A stretch of 60,367 nt of DNA from Acidimicrobiia bacterium (GTDB lineage: Bacteria > Actinomycetota > Acidimicrobiia > Spongiisociales > UBA5794): assembly GCA_030066755.1 (NCBI GenBank), contig JASJAX010000045.1:1-60367 (forward strand). Reading direction: 5' to 3'. A program made the position numbers and the translations under genes. Shown here piece after piece: positions 41,154 to 54,169 of this stretch. The notes under the pieces are model-generated. The model saw only the letters and a list, made by a program, of their open reading frames with translations, ran no database searches and was not told where the DNA came from. Position 1 is the first letter of the stretch. Each line of letters begins with the position of its first letter.

Positions 41154-42710
41154 GTGAGGATCCATCGACGGAGCGCAGCGCTGCTGGTGTTCAGCATCCT
41201 GGCCGGTGCTTGCACCGCCGCTGCCGGACAGACGGCTACGGAGCCTCCCCTCACGACCCTGCCGCGACTCGCCGTCGACACGACGAGCCCTGCGCCACCA
41301 CCATCGACCGCCGCACCCGCAACGACTCCCTCAACCACGAGCGCACCGACGACCACCACGACGCTCCCGGAACGGTTCGTCCCGGCCGGATCCGTCGGCG
41401 AGCCGTGGGGGAGTGTCGACGGACTCCTCATGTTCCGGGGCAATCCGACCCGCACCTACTACGGCACCGGTCCGGTGCCGGCGGACCCGGCACTCCTGTG
41501 GCGCTTTCCGGATTCGGCGATGTGCAGCATCTCGCGAATCGGTGGTCAGGACGTCGAGTGGTGCGGGACCGGGTGGACGGGCCAACCGGTGGTGTGGGAA
41601 CGACCCGACGGCGTCACTGAGGTCATCTTCGGCGCATACGACCAGCGGATCCACTTCGTCGATGCTGCGACTGGTCTGAGGACCCGACCGGACTTCCCGG
41701 TCGGCGACATCGCCAAGGGCTCGGTGACGCTCGATCCCGATGGCTACCCATTGCTGTTCGCCGGTTCGCGCGACCCGAACTACCGGATCATTGCGCTCGA
41801 TCGGGACGTTCCAACCGAGCTGTGGTCGCTGCCTGCCACCGCCGTGAGAGGAATGTGGAACAACGACTGGGACTCCAACGCCGTGATCATCGACGACTTC
41901 CTTCTGATCGGCGGCGAGAACAGCTGGTGGTTTGCCGTTGAGTTGAACCGGACCATCGACGGCGATGGACTCGTCCAGATCGCACCCGAGATCGTCGCCT
42001 CGATCCCGGCCTTCACCGACGAGTTGGTGGCTGCAGTCGGCACGCAGCAATCCATCGAGAGTTCTACTGCCGTCTACGGATCGACCGCCTACTTCGCCAA
42101 CTCTGCAGGGCGGATCGTCGGCATCGACATTTCCCACCTGCCCGAGCGCGAAGCGGACATCGTGTTCGACTTCTGGGCGGGCGACGACGTCGACGCCACG
42201 ATCGTCATCGACGAGTTCGGCATGCTGTACGTCGCTGCCGAGGAGGACCTGCGCACTCCACGAGCCGCGGAGCTGGGTCAACTCATGAAGCTCAACCCAC
42301 AGAGTCCGGATGATCCGCTCGTGTGGAGTCTGTCCATCCCCGGATCGGACCTGGTCGACGGGGGCGTTTGGGCGACACCCGCCCTGGACGGAGAGATGCT
42401 CTACGTGCCAACCAACCCCGGAGAGCTGCTCGCGGTGGACACGGAGACAGGCGAGGTCGTGTGGCGGGATGACGTCGGGGCCCACGCGTGGTCGTCGCCG
42501 GTCATCATCGACGAGTCGCTCATCGTTGCGGTCGACTGCGACATCCGGCCTGCTTTGCGGGCATACGACATCAGCGATCCGATGCAACCGCAGCAGCAAT
42601 GGGAGGTCGCCGCAACGGCCGGGTGCATCGAGTCCACACCGGCAGTGTGGAACGGCGTCCTCTACGTCGGTGCCCGCGACGGCTTCTTCTACGCCATCGG
42701 GGATCGTTGA
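41154..42710 (+). CDS. PQQ-like/BamB-like beta-propeller lipoprotein
   Basis: The lipobox is SILAGAC and is followed by a Thr/Pro-rich linker. Repeated propeller blades show the W...P and G..Y.....G.l.A.D..tG pattern. Confidence 0.7.
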   Translation: MRIHRRSAALLVFSILAGACTAAAGQTATEPPLTTLPRLAVDTTSPAPPPSTAAPATTPSTTSAPTTTTTLPERFVPAGSVGEPWGSVDGLLMFRGNPTRTYYGTGPVPADPALLWRFPDSAMCSISRIGGQDVEWCGTGWTGQPVVWERPDGVTEVIFGAYDQRIHFVDAATGLRTRPDFPVGDIAKGSVTLDPDGYPLLFAGSRDPNYRIIALDRDVPTELWSLPATAVRGMWNNDWDSNAVIIDDFLLIGGENSWWFAVELNRTIDGDGLVQIAPEIVASIPAFTDELVAAVGTQQSIESSTAVYGSTAYFANSAGRIVGIDISHLPEREADIVFDFWAGDDVDATIVIDEFGMLYVAAEEDLRTPRAAELGQLMKLNPQSPDDPLVWSLSIPGSDLVDGGVWATPALDGEMLYVPTNPGELLAVDTETGEVVWRDDVGAHAWSSPVIIDESLIVAVDCDIRPALRAYDISDPMQPQQQWEVAATAGCIESTPAVWNGVLYVGARDGFFYAIGDR

Positions 42711-42717
42711 GACACGT

Positions 42718-43347
42718 TCACCCGTCGAAGGGGACGCGCCGGAAGTGGCCGTAGAGGAAGTGCTGGGTGCGACCTTCCGGGGTCACGTGCACCTCGTGGT
42801 CGAATCCGAGCGGCGAGCACACCGGAGCCAACGCCTCGGTCAGCAAGGTGCTCGAGTAGCGGACCACCGGCAGGCCACTGCATTCATCGGGACCGTCCGC
42901 GGTGAAGGCCGCAACCACGACGTGACCGCCCGGTGGGATTGAAGCTGCGAGCGATGCTCGATACGCCTCGCGGTCTTCGCTGTCGATGAGGAAGTGGAAG
43001 ACCGCTCGATCATGCCAGACGTCGAATCGACGATCCGGTCGGTAGGCCAGCACGTCGGCCACGATCCAGTCGACGGCGTGAGCCGCTCTACCGAGGCGCT
43101 GCCGTGCGTGGTCGAGCGCTACCGCAGCGATATCGAGAACGGTGAGGTCGGTGTACCCGGCGTCGATGAGTAAGTCGACGAGTCGCGAGGCTCCGCCGCC
43201 AACGTCGATGATCGGCGTGGAGGCCGCCCCGGCGGTCGACCGGATGATCTCCAGTGATCGCTCCGGGTGCTCCTGGTACCACGAGACCTCGTCGGGCGCC
43301 CGGCTGGCATGAACCTGATCCCAATGGGAGGCGCGGTCGAGCGTCAT
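42718..43347 (-). CDS. Class I SAM-dependent methyltransferase
   Basis: Motif I reads IIDVGGGASRLVDLL. The start could be at 43347 or at 43380. Confidence 0.75.
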   Translation of the reverse strand: MTLDRASHWDQVHASRAPDEVSWYQEHPERSLEIIRSTAGAASTPIIDVGGGASRLVDLLIDAGYTDLTVLDIAAVALDHARQRLGRAAHAVDWIVADVLAYRPDRRFDVWHDRAVFHFLIDSEDREAYRASLAASIPPGGHVVVAAFTADGPDECSGLPVVRYSSTLLTEALAPVCSPLGFDHEVHVTPEGRTQHFLYGHFRRVPFDG

Positions 43348-43451
43348 GCGGCAATCGTGCGTCGTGCGAGTCGCCGACACCAGGGCCGGACGGCCATCGA
43401 AGGAGCGACTGGTGAGCTACCGACGGAACTCGTCCTGCGGCGGCGATGATC

Positions 43452-43486
43452 TGGCTACTGGCTACTCCCGACCAAGTACCAAGTCT
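43452..43486. repeat. Heptanucleotide tandem repeat, 5 units, combining both sub-types
   Basis: The units are TGGCTAC TGGCTAC TCCCGAC CAAGTAC CAAGTCT. The array lies in the divergent methyltransferase/PFOR intergenic region. Confidence 0.6.
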
Positions 43487-43569
43487 TCCCGGGACCATGT
43501 GCCCTATCACGCGCCGACGCCCCATGTTCGTATAGGGCGCACATATCTACCCGGCTGAGGAGCATTGCC

Positions 43570-47171
<3,602 letters not shown>

Positions 47172-47175
<4 letters not shown>

Positions 47176-48182
47176 CGGTGGATCTCACCACCACGTATCT
47201 CGGGCTCGAGTTGAAGAACCCCTTGATGGCGTCATCGTCGCCGTTGACGGGTGATGTCGAGAGCCTGTTGCGTCTGCAGGACGCTGGTGTGTCCGGAGTC
47301 GTGCTGCCGTCCCTGTTCGAAGAGCAGATCGAGCACGAGGCCATCGAGGTCTCCAAGCTCATGGAGTACGGCGCTGAGAGCTTTGCCGAAGCGCTCGGCG
47401 GGTACTTCCCGGAGCTCGACGACTACAACACCGGTCCCGAGCACTATCTGCAGGACATCTCCGCAGCGAAGGACGCGCTCGACATCCCGGTCATCGCCAG
47501 CCTCAACGGCACGACTCGGGGCGGATGGGTCCGGTATGCGAAGAAGCTGGAGGAAGCCGGGGCCGATGCGCTCGAGTTGAACGTGTACTTGATCCCAACG
47601 GATCCGTACGCAACCGGGCCCGATGTCGAGAACCGATATCTCGATCTGCTGCGTGCGGTGAAGGAGTCGGTGACGATCCCGGTGGCGATGAAGATCGGTC
47701 CGTTCTTTTCTTCGTTGGCGCACATGGCGCGGCAACTGGTCGACGCCGGGGCCGACGGGCTGGTGATCTTCAACCGGTTCTATCAGCCCGACATCGATCT
47801 CGACGAGCTCAGGGTCGTTCCGAACCTGCAGTTGAGCACGTCGATGGAGGTTCGGCTCCCGCTGCGGTGGATCGCGATCCTGCGCGACAAGGTGCCGTGC
47901 AGCTTGGCGGCGACTCGTGGGCTGCACTCGGCGGACGACGTGTTGAAGGCGCTGCTCGTGGGTGCCGACGCGGCGATGATGGCTTCGGCACTGCTGCAGC
48001 AGGGCCCGGCGCACGCCACCGAGGTGCTCGCCGGCGTGTCCTCCTGGCTCGAGGAGCACAACTACGAGTCGGTCGAGCAGATGAAGGGCTCGATGTCGAT
48101 GGCGTCCGCTCCGAACCCGGACGGCTTCATTCGCGCCAACTACATGCGGATGCTTGCGACCTACACCTCTGCGTACGCGTGA
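47172..48182 (+). CDS. Dihydroorotate dehydrogenase-like TIM-barrel protein (PFOR-associated)
   Basis: An ATGA start/stop overlap joins it to the PFOR gene. The class-1 DHOD-like pattern is present (LKNPLMASSSPLT, ASLNG, GADALELN, FNRF). Confidence 0.8.
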
Positions 48183-48210
48183 CGGCGTAGACGTCAGTGC
48201 CGGTCCCCTT

Positions 48211-48236
48211 GGAGCCCACCCGGAAGGGTGGGCTCC
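48211..48236. terminator. Bidirectional hairpin between convergent genes
   Basis: GGAGCCCACCC-ggaa-GGGTGGGCTCC forms a perfect 11-bp stem. Confidence 0.6.
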
Positions 48237-48246
48237 GTCGTTGAGG

Positions 48247-49227
48247 TCAGTTCAGCGGCTCGGTGCTCATGATGAGCGAGAGCCCAAGTCGCTGGAGAAC
48301 CCGCTGCGTCTCCTCGCCGACAGGAACCGACAACTCGAACTCCTGGGATGCCCACGACGAAGCCGATGCCGGGAACCCGCGTCCCAGCATCCACACTGCC
48401 TCGCCGCCACCGGTCGAGTCGAACGTGACGACCTGGCTACCGAGCAATGACGACATGGCCTCATCGATCTCCTGGACGATCTCCATTTCGACAGAGATGG
48501 CATCGTCGGTCATGTCCGTCACGGTGACGATCGTCGTTTGTGCGACGGCGATGCCCATGCTGTCGATTGTGGAGCGGCTCTCCCAGATGGCGCCGGACCC
48601 GATCGGCGCATCCGGCAGCAGCGCTGCCACCGCCCCGACGTCCGACGGGAGGAACTCCGATCCCGGGACGTCATCGAGTCCGGCAGTAGCGAGGACGGCA
48701 CCGCTCGGAGCGCTGAGCTGATAGGTCACGAGGCCATCCACGGCGGCGAACTCGGCCTCGAGTTGCTGCTTCAATGCGGGCTCATCGACGAGCAGATTCG
48801 GCTCGGCATACGTCGAACGCACCACCGCACCACGCTCGTCGACGGTGAGCACTTCGACGATCACGTCGTACTCGACGGTCATCTCGAGGACCTGGCTCAT
48901 GTCGCCGACCGTTTGGTCGATGGTCGTCGTCATCGCCATGGTCATCGAGTAGCTCGTCCCGGCCGTCCACTCCCACGTTCGGACGGCGCGAGGCTCGGCG
49001 CCCGGATCGACCACGACGACGACGGGCGCCGCGCTTGGGTCGGAGTCGGCCCAAACGAGGCCGTCCAGTTCGGCAGCGACTGCATCGTTGCTCGTCGTCG
49101 GCGCTCTAGATGTCGTCGTGGCCTCCGGCGACGATGTGGTGGGTGCAGTGGTCTCGGAGGCGCCGCCGCAGCCGGTCAGAAGGAGGGCGAGTATCGCTCC
49201 TACGGTTCGTCGAGTTGGTCCTGTCAT
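48247..49227 (-). CDS. Lipoprotein of unknown function
   Basis: The lipobox is LLLTGC and is followed by a Thr/Ser-rich linker. I recognise no family. Confidence 0.6.
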   Translation of the reverse strand: MTGPTRRTVGAILALLLTGCGGASETTAPTTSSPEATTTSRAPTTSNDAVAAELDGLVWADSDPSAAPVVVVVDPGAEPRAVRTWEWTAGTSYSMTMAMTTTIDQTVGDMSQVLEMTVEYDVIVEVLTVDERGAVVRSTYAEPNLLVDEPALKQQLEAEFAAVDGLVTYQLSAPSGAVLATAGLDDVPGSEFLPSDVGAVAALLPDAPIGSGAIWESRSTIDSMGIAVAQTTIVTVTDMTDDAISVEMEIVQEIDEAMSSLLGSQVVTFDSTGGGEAVWMLGRGFPASASSWASQEFELSVPVGEETQRVLQRLGLSLIMSTEPLN

Positions 49228-49301
49228 GGCGCCGAACGTAACGCAACGACCGACGTGCGTTTAGAGCCCTTTGGCGCGCGGTCTGGGGTCTGACGTCGCG
49301 T

Positions 49302-49565
49302 TCAGCGCTCTTGCCGAACGAGGCGCTCGATCGTTCCAGTGATACGGCGCTGACGAGTCGACGCTTGTTTGGCCTCGGTGATCCAGTCGATGTACTCGCG
49401 CCGGTGTGAGGGCGACATTGCCTCGAAGGACTCGAGTAGGTCGGCGTTCGCCAGTTGGTCGGCGAGGTCGGACGGAGTGCGGGGATCGTCGCGGCCGGTC
49501 ACAGGATCACCTCCGCTGGGTCGGATCTCTCCTTTCACCGTACCCCTCGCAGCGCAGTCCGTCAC
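49302..49565 (-). CDS. YdeI/OmpD-associated family protein (short form)
   Basis: The C-terminal motif reads FEAMSPSHRREYIDWITEAKQASTRQRRI. Confidence 0.6.
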   Translation of the reverse strand: MTDCAARGTVKGEIRPSGGDPVTGRDDPRTPSDLADQLANADLLESFEAMSPSHRREYIDWITEAKQASTRQRRITGTIERLVRQER

Positions 49566-49585
49566 GGTGCGCTTGACTGGTTGCG

Positions 49586-50758
49586 ATGCGACGGATCATG
49601 ACGGAGGAACGCCGCGCCCGGTTGGGAATGCGGCACGGCTTGGCGGGACCGGGGGAGTCGGTCACGGAAGTTGCTCGAGATCTCGTCGGCCTCCATTCCT
49701 CTGATCCGGCGACCGTGTATCTCTCGGCGCACGCCCGGGTTCAAGACTTCTCGGTTCCGGAACTGGAGCACGCGCTCTATGAGGACCGCACGCTCTTGCG
49801 CATGCTCGGGATGCGGCGGACCATGTTCGTGGTTCCTCACGACGTTGCCGCGGTCATGGATGCGGCCTGCACCAAGCTGCTCGCTCCTGCAGAACGGCGC
49901 CGCCTCATACGGATGCTCGAGGACCAGGGCGTTGCTGACGACGGCGCGGCATGGTTGGCGGACGTCGAGGCGAAGACGATGGCCGCACTCGAAGCACGTG
50001 GCGAAGCGACGGCGACCCAACTGCGATCGGACATGCCCGAGTTCACCGAGTCGCTGCGCTTCGGGGAGGGAAAGACGTGGGGCGGCTTCGTCGGTGTCTC
50101 GACACGCGTGCTCTTCTTCCTAGCAACGGCCGGCAAGATCGTGCGGGCGCGCCCCCGTGGATCATGGATCTCCAGCCAATACCGCTGGGTGCTGCTCGAC
50201 GATTGGATCGGCGGCTCACTGCCGGAGATCGACCGAGACGAGGCACAAGCTGAACTCGTGCGGCGGTGGCTGGCGGCCTTCGGTCCGGGCACATTCACGG
50301 ACGTGAAGTGGTGGACGGGGTGGACGGTGCGTGACACCAAGGCGGCACTCGATGCCGTGGGTGCGGTTGAGGTCGAACTCGATGACGGCGTCGGTCTCGT
50401 CCTCCCGGACGACCTCGGTCCTGTTGGGGAATCGGAGGACTGGGTTGCGTTGCTTCCCGGTCTCGACCCAACGCCGATGGGCTGGAAGGAACGGGACTGG
50501 TACTTCGGCAACCACGTCGAACCGCTCTTCGACCGCAACGGGAACGCCGGACCGACCGTTTGGTGGAACGGTCGGGTCGTCGGTGGATGGGCCCAGCGCA
50601 AGGACACCGGCGAGGTCGTGTACCGACTCCTCGAAGACGTGCCGAGCGAGGTTGTTGCAACGGTCGATGCCAAGGCCGGGGCACTCAGAAACTGGCTTGG
50701 CGACGTTCGTGTCACGTCGCGGTTTCCAACGCCCCTCGACCAAGAGCTCCGTGCGTGA
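49586..50758 (+). CDS. Winged-helix DNA-binding protein, YcaQ/DUF1006-like (DNA glycosylase family)
   Basis: The family-typical N-terminus is present (RLGMRHGL...VARDLVGLHSSDP.TVYLS..AR). The length is about 390 aa. Confidence 0.75.
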   Translation: MRRIMTEERRARLGMRHGLAGPGESVTEVARDLVGLHSSDPATVYLSAHARVQDFSVPELEHALYEDRTLLRMLGMRRTMFVVPHDVAAVMDAACTKLLAPAERRRLIRMLEDQGVADDGAAWLADVEAKTMAALEARGEATATQLRSDMPEFTESLRFGEGKTWGGFVGVSTRVLFFLATAGKIVRARPRGSWISSQYRWVLLDDWIGGSLPEIDRDEAQAELVRRWLAAFGPGTFTDVKWWTGWTVRDTKAALDAVGAVEVELDDGVGLVLPDDLGPVGESEDWVALLPGLDPTPMGWKERDWYFGNHVEPLFDRNGNAGPTVWWNGRVVGGWAQRKDTGEVVYRLLEDVPSEVVATVDAKAGALRNWLGDVRVTSRFPTPLDQELRA

Positions 50759-50761
50759 AGA

Positions 50762-50808
50762 TGTCAACCCTGAGTTGACAACTCGGTATTGTCAACATAG
50801 GGTTGACA
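50762..50808. promoter_or_regulatory. Two perfect 19-bp palindromes with an embedded promoter upstream of the small HTH gene
   Basis: TGTCAAC-N5-GTTGACA occurs at 50762-50780 and again at 50790-50808, with centres 28 bp apart. The embedded promoter has -35 TTGACA at 50775-50780, a 17-nt spacer, and -10 TAGGGT at 50798-50803. Confidence 0.6.
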
Positions 50809-50831
50809 TATGGGTGGTATCCTCGGCAAGC

Positions 50832-51128
50832 ATGAACAGCGACAGAGAGCAGTCGATCAGGGCAGCCCTTCAGCACGAGCTGCAACGACTGAGCGCAGGA
50901 GAGGCCCCGCTCGATCTGGTCGAGGACATCCCGATCCTGGAATCGTTCGTCGACGACTATGCGCAAGCGAGGATCGCCGATGCTCGGTCGCTCGGCGCTT
51001 CCTGGGCCGACATTGCGGCTCGGCTCGGCGTGTCCCGCCAAGCCGTCCACAAACGCTTCACGTCGAAGCGCGAGGGTCGTCGCCGAAGAGCGGTTATCGA
51101 GCTCCGGTTCCAGCGCAGCGACGACTGA
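50832..51128 (+). CDS. Small helix-turn-helix DNA-binding protein (98 aa)
   Basis: The HTH motif reads ASWADIAARLGVSRQAVHKRF. The start is at the ATG 50832, after the palindromes. Confidence 0.6.
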   Translation: MNSDREQSIRAALQHELQRLSAGEAPLDLVEDIPILESFVDDYAQARIADARSLGASWADIAARLGVSRQAVHKRFTSKREGRRRRAVIELRFQRSDD

Positions 51129-51158
51129 GGCGCGAACACGGCGACGGGGGGTCCACGG

Positions 51159-52184
51159 ATGCGTGAGGCCCTTTCGTCTTTCCGAAGTCGTCTCGCAGTT
51201 CCGGGCGTCGGCGCAGCGACGATCACTGCCGCCGGCGACCTCGAAACGGTCACGGTGGGGTACCGCCGTCGAGACGGACAGGAACAGGTCCGGCCCGATG
51301 ATCAGTGGCACATCGGCTCGTGCGGCAAGGCGATCACTGCGGTGCTCTATGCACGCCTCGTCGAACTCGGGTACGCGGAGTGGGGGATACCGGTTCGGGA
51401 GCTGTTTCCTGATCTCGCACCGGACATCGATTCAGGGTGGTCGGCGTCGACGATCGACGACCTGTTCCACTCCCGATCGGGAATGCGCCCGAACCTTCCC
51501 GCACGAGCGATGATTCGGGGGTGGCGGGACGAGCGGGATCCGACAGACCAACGCACCGCCGCCGTGCTTCTGGCAACGACAACCGCACCACGTCGCCGTG
51601 GCGCGTTCCGCTACAGCAACCTCGGCTATGTCGTCGCCGGTGCCGCTATCGATCGCCTCGCCGGTATGCCATTTGAGGCCGCACTGCACACCCACGTGTT
51701 GGCGCCGCTCGAGATCGCCTCAGTCGGGTACGGACCGCCGCCCGACATCTGCGGTCACCGGGCGCGACTGCGGTTCCCCGGTTTGGTCGTGGGTCCCGGT
51801 GACGCGATGGAGCCCGACAACGTGCGGAGCGACAACCCCGAGGTGCTCAGCCCGGCCGGCAGGTTCTACCTCACCCTTGCCGACTGGGCCATGTTCCAGC
51901 GGCTGTTCCTTTGTGACGGCGATCCGCTTCTCGAGCGCTCGTCGATCGAGCACCTGCTGCGACCGCCGTCCGCCGATGGCAAGGGCATGGCAATGGGTTG
52001 GGCGCCAACGCGACTCGCAGGTGCAGCGTTTGGCATGCAGGGCTCGAACACGATGTGGTCGGCGACGGCATTGATGGGGGCGGGCCGCGATCGGACTGCA
52101 ATGGTGGTCGCCAACGATGGTCGCAGCCGGGTGCTCGCACGCTCGGTGGGCTTGGCGGCTGAGTTGCTCGGTCTCTCGACGTAG
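51159..52184 (+). CDS. Serine hydrolase (beta-lactamase/transpeptidase-like fold)
   Basis: The SxxK motif is SCGK within WHIGSCGKAITA. A YSN-type motif is present (FRYSNLGY). Confidence 0.8.
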   Translation: MREALSSFRSRLAVPGVGAATITAAGDLETVTVGYRRRDGQEQVRPDDQWHIGSCGKAITAVLYARLVELGYAEWGIPVRELFPDLAPDIDSGWSASTIDDLFHSRSGMRPNLPARAMIRGWRDERDPTDQRTAAVLLATTTAPRRRGAFRYSNLGYVVAGAAIDRLAGMPFEAALHTHVLAPLEIASVGYGPPPDICGHRARLRFPGLVVGPGDAMEPDNVRSDNPEVLSPAGRFYLTLADWAMFQRLFLCDGDPLLERSSIEHLLRPPSADGKGMAMGWAPTRLAGAAFGMQGSNTMWSATALMGAGRDRTAMVVANDGRSRVLARSVGLAAELLGLST

Positions 52185-52261
52185 CGCTCAGAACCTCCCG
52201 GAGGTGGTTCGCTCGTCTCGCTAGATCGGCGCGGTGGCGTTCCGGTGCTCGAGCTGCGCAC

Positions 52262-53314
52262 TTACCTGCTCGAATCGAGCGCTTCGATCTCGATACGATC
52301 CGGTTGGGCGTGGAGGTACAGGATCTTGCCCGTGGCATCCAGCTCGAACGGGCGCGGAATCTCGAGGTACTGGTCGGCCGCATCGATGACGTACTCGGCT
52401 TCGAGCACGCCGGAAGCGGAGTAGCGCTGTATCCGACGGATGACGGAGATCACCGAGCCCACCTCGACCTCATCGACGACGACCACGATCGAGCCGTCGG
52501 GTCCGACGCCCACGAGGGTCACGCCACCCAGATCTGTGGTTCGTTCTACCGAGAATGACGTCTCACTGGTCGTGACGTCGGTCGTCCGCTCGTCACCCGG
52601 GTTCAGCACGATGCTGGTTCCGTCGAACACGGGGACGACCGGAGACTCGATCGCACCCGTTGCGTCGAGCCGGGCGTACCGCGCGCCGAGCTCGAACTCG
52701 AGCAGAATGCCCGAGTCATCCCATGCCAAGCCGGTGAGGCCATCCTCGAACCGGAATCCCGCCGGGATCTCCGTGACCGAGTCGACGATGCCGTCGACGC
52801 CGAGTACCAGCACGCGGTATCGGTTCATCGAGGCCAGGACGTCCAGGATTGCCAAGGCGGAGCCGTCGCTGACGACGTCGACGATCGCTGCCACTTCTTC
52901 CCCTGCAAGGTCGATCACCGCCAACCGCTCGCCAGAACGGTCGTAGTGGAGGAGCCTCGGCTCCCCTCGATCAACCGCCATCGTGTCGGCGATCACCACG
53001 GCCCCATCGTCCAGCACCGTGAAGGACGTCGGGCCGCTCGGCGGGGAGCCGTCCAGGTCGTAGGCCACGCCGTCGGGGCCGATGTCAATGCCGAACGACT
53101 GCGTCGCGACAACCGCGGGTGCCGCCGTGGTCGTCGGGGCAACGATCGTCGTGGTGGTGGTGATGCTCGTCGTTGCGGTGGGGTCAGGAGTCGGGTCCTT
53201 CGTTGTGTTTCCGGTCGTGGCTGGGTCTGCCGCACCCGAGCACGCTGACACGGTCAGGACGACCGCCAGGAGGAGAGCGGTCCCACGGGGTGTCGCTGAG
53301 TTGCGGACCTTCAT
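52262..53314 (-). CDS. Lipoprotein, probably beta-propeller-like, unknown function
   Basis: The lipobox is LTVSAC and is followed by a Thr-rich linker. The rest has a repetitive beta-strand pattern. Confidence 0.6.
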   Translation of the reverse strand: MKVRNSATPRGTALLLAVVLTVSACSGAADPATTGNTTKDPTPDPTATTSITTTTTIVAPTTTAAPAVVATQSFGIDIGPDGVAYDLDGSPPSGPTSFTVLDDGAVVIADTMAVDRGEPRLLHYDRSGERLAVIDLAGEEVAAIVDVVSDGSALAILDVLASMNRYRVLVLGVDGIVDSVTEIPAGFRFEDGLTGLAWDDSGILLEFELGARYARLDATGAIESPVVPVFDGTSIVLNPGDERTTDVTTSETSFSVERTTDLGGVTLVGVGPDGSIVVVVDEVEVGSVISVIRRIQRYSASGVLEAEYVIDAADQYLEIPRPFELDATGKILYLHAQPDRIEIEALDSSR

Positions 53315-53889
53315 TGGTGCTCCTTTCCGATATCCGTCGGCAGGAACGCCGCAGTCAAGGAGAACGTACGACTCCGGTCATCGTCGTCTTGATCGAGGTC
53401 TCGAAGCTCGTCCACGAGCTCGTTGAGTCGCTCGGCGAAGGTCGTCGCAGTCTCCGGCGTAAGGCGTACGAGGGTTCGGCCGAGGTATGCGTGCTCCTCC
53501 TTCTCGCCCCAAGAGTGCTCGAGGAAGTCCTCGACCTCTGCCCGAGCAGTATCCAGGAGGACGGTGGCGGCGGCCTCAGCCGCCTTGCGACGGTCGCCGA
53601 TGACATCGACGATGTCGGCGCCCAGCGTGAACTCGGCCGCGGTGCGGCGGTAGAGCTTCTCGAGCCTTGCTCCCGATCTGCGCTCGTCGACCTGCTCCAG
53701 CAGGCCCGCCTCGACCAACAGGTTGACGTGGTAGTAGAGCCGCGTTGGCGGGACGTCGAGCCGGCGTGCCAGATCGGCCACGGTGATCGGGTGATCGGCG
53801 TAGCGGAGCACCCGAACCCTTGCCTGGCTGGAGAGCGCCTCGATCTGGAGGATGGAGGCGATGGTGGCGACGCGTGGCTGTTCACCCAT
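53311..53889 (-). CDS. ArsR-family winged-helix transcriptional regulator
   Basis: The motif ARVRVLRYADHPITVADLARRLDVPPTRLYYHVNLLVEAGLL is present. The stop overlaps the downstream lipoprotein start by 4 nt. Confidence 0.8.
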   Translation of the reverse strand: MGEQPRVATIASILQIEALSSQARVRVLRYADHPITVADLARRLDVPPTRLYYHVNLLVEAGLLEQVDERRSGARLEKLYRRTAAEFTLGADIVDVIGDRRKAAEAAATVLLDTARAEVEDFLEHSWGEKEEHAYLGRTLVRLTPETATTFAERLNELVDELRDLDQDDDDRSRTFSLTAAFLPTDIGKEHQ

Positions 53890-54070
53890 CGTGACTCTCG
53901 CCGTTGCCGGGGAGCCCTTGGCGGGCCGCGGTGACCATCAGCACGACGGCTGCCGCGAGAATCAGCCAGGCCCAGCCGGCGGATCCTGCCGTGGCCATCA
54001 TGACGATGGAGTACACGGCAAACAGAGCGGCGCCGACGATGGTGGTGAGGTGTCGATGCTTGTGCAGCAT
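53882..54070 (-). CDS. Small two-TM membrane protein (62 aa)
   Basis: There are two hydrophobic helices. The gene overlaps the ArsR start by 8 nt and is the first gene of the operon. Confidence 0.45.
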   Translation of the reverse strand: MLHKHRHLTTIVGAALFAVYSIVMMATAGSAGWAWLILAAAVVLMVTAARQGLPGNGESHDG

Positions 54071-54093
54071 GGTGGTTCCTTCCTCTGTCGAGT

Positions 54094-54151
54094 GTTCAAC
54101 TGGTTTGAATATAACGGAAGTCGGCTAGCTATTCAATCAGTTTGAATATAA
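54094..54151. promoter_or_regulatory. Two AT-rich operator-like sites upstream of the ArsR operon
   Basis: GTTCAA-N5-TTGAAT lies at 54094-54110 and the perfect ATTCAA-N5-TTGAAT at 54131-54147. Each carries the shared 12-mer GTTTGAATATAA. The centres are 37 bp apart. This is a locally AT-rich island in GC-rich DNA. Confidence 0.45.
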
Positions 54152-54169
54152 GAGGCCGGTGTCGATGTG

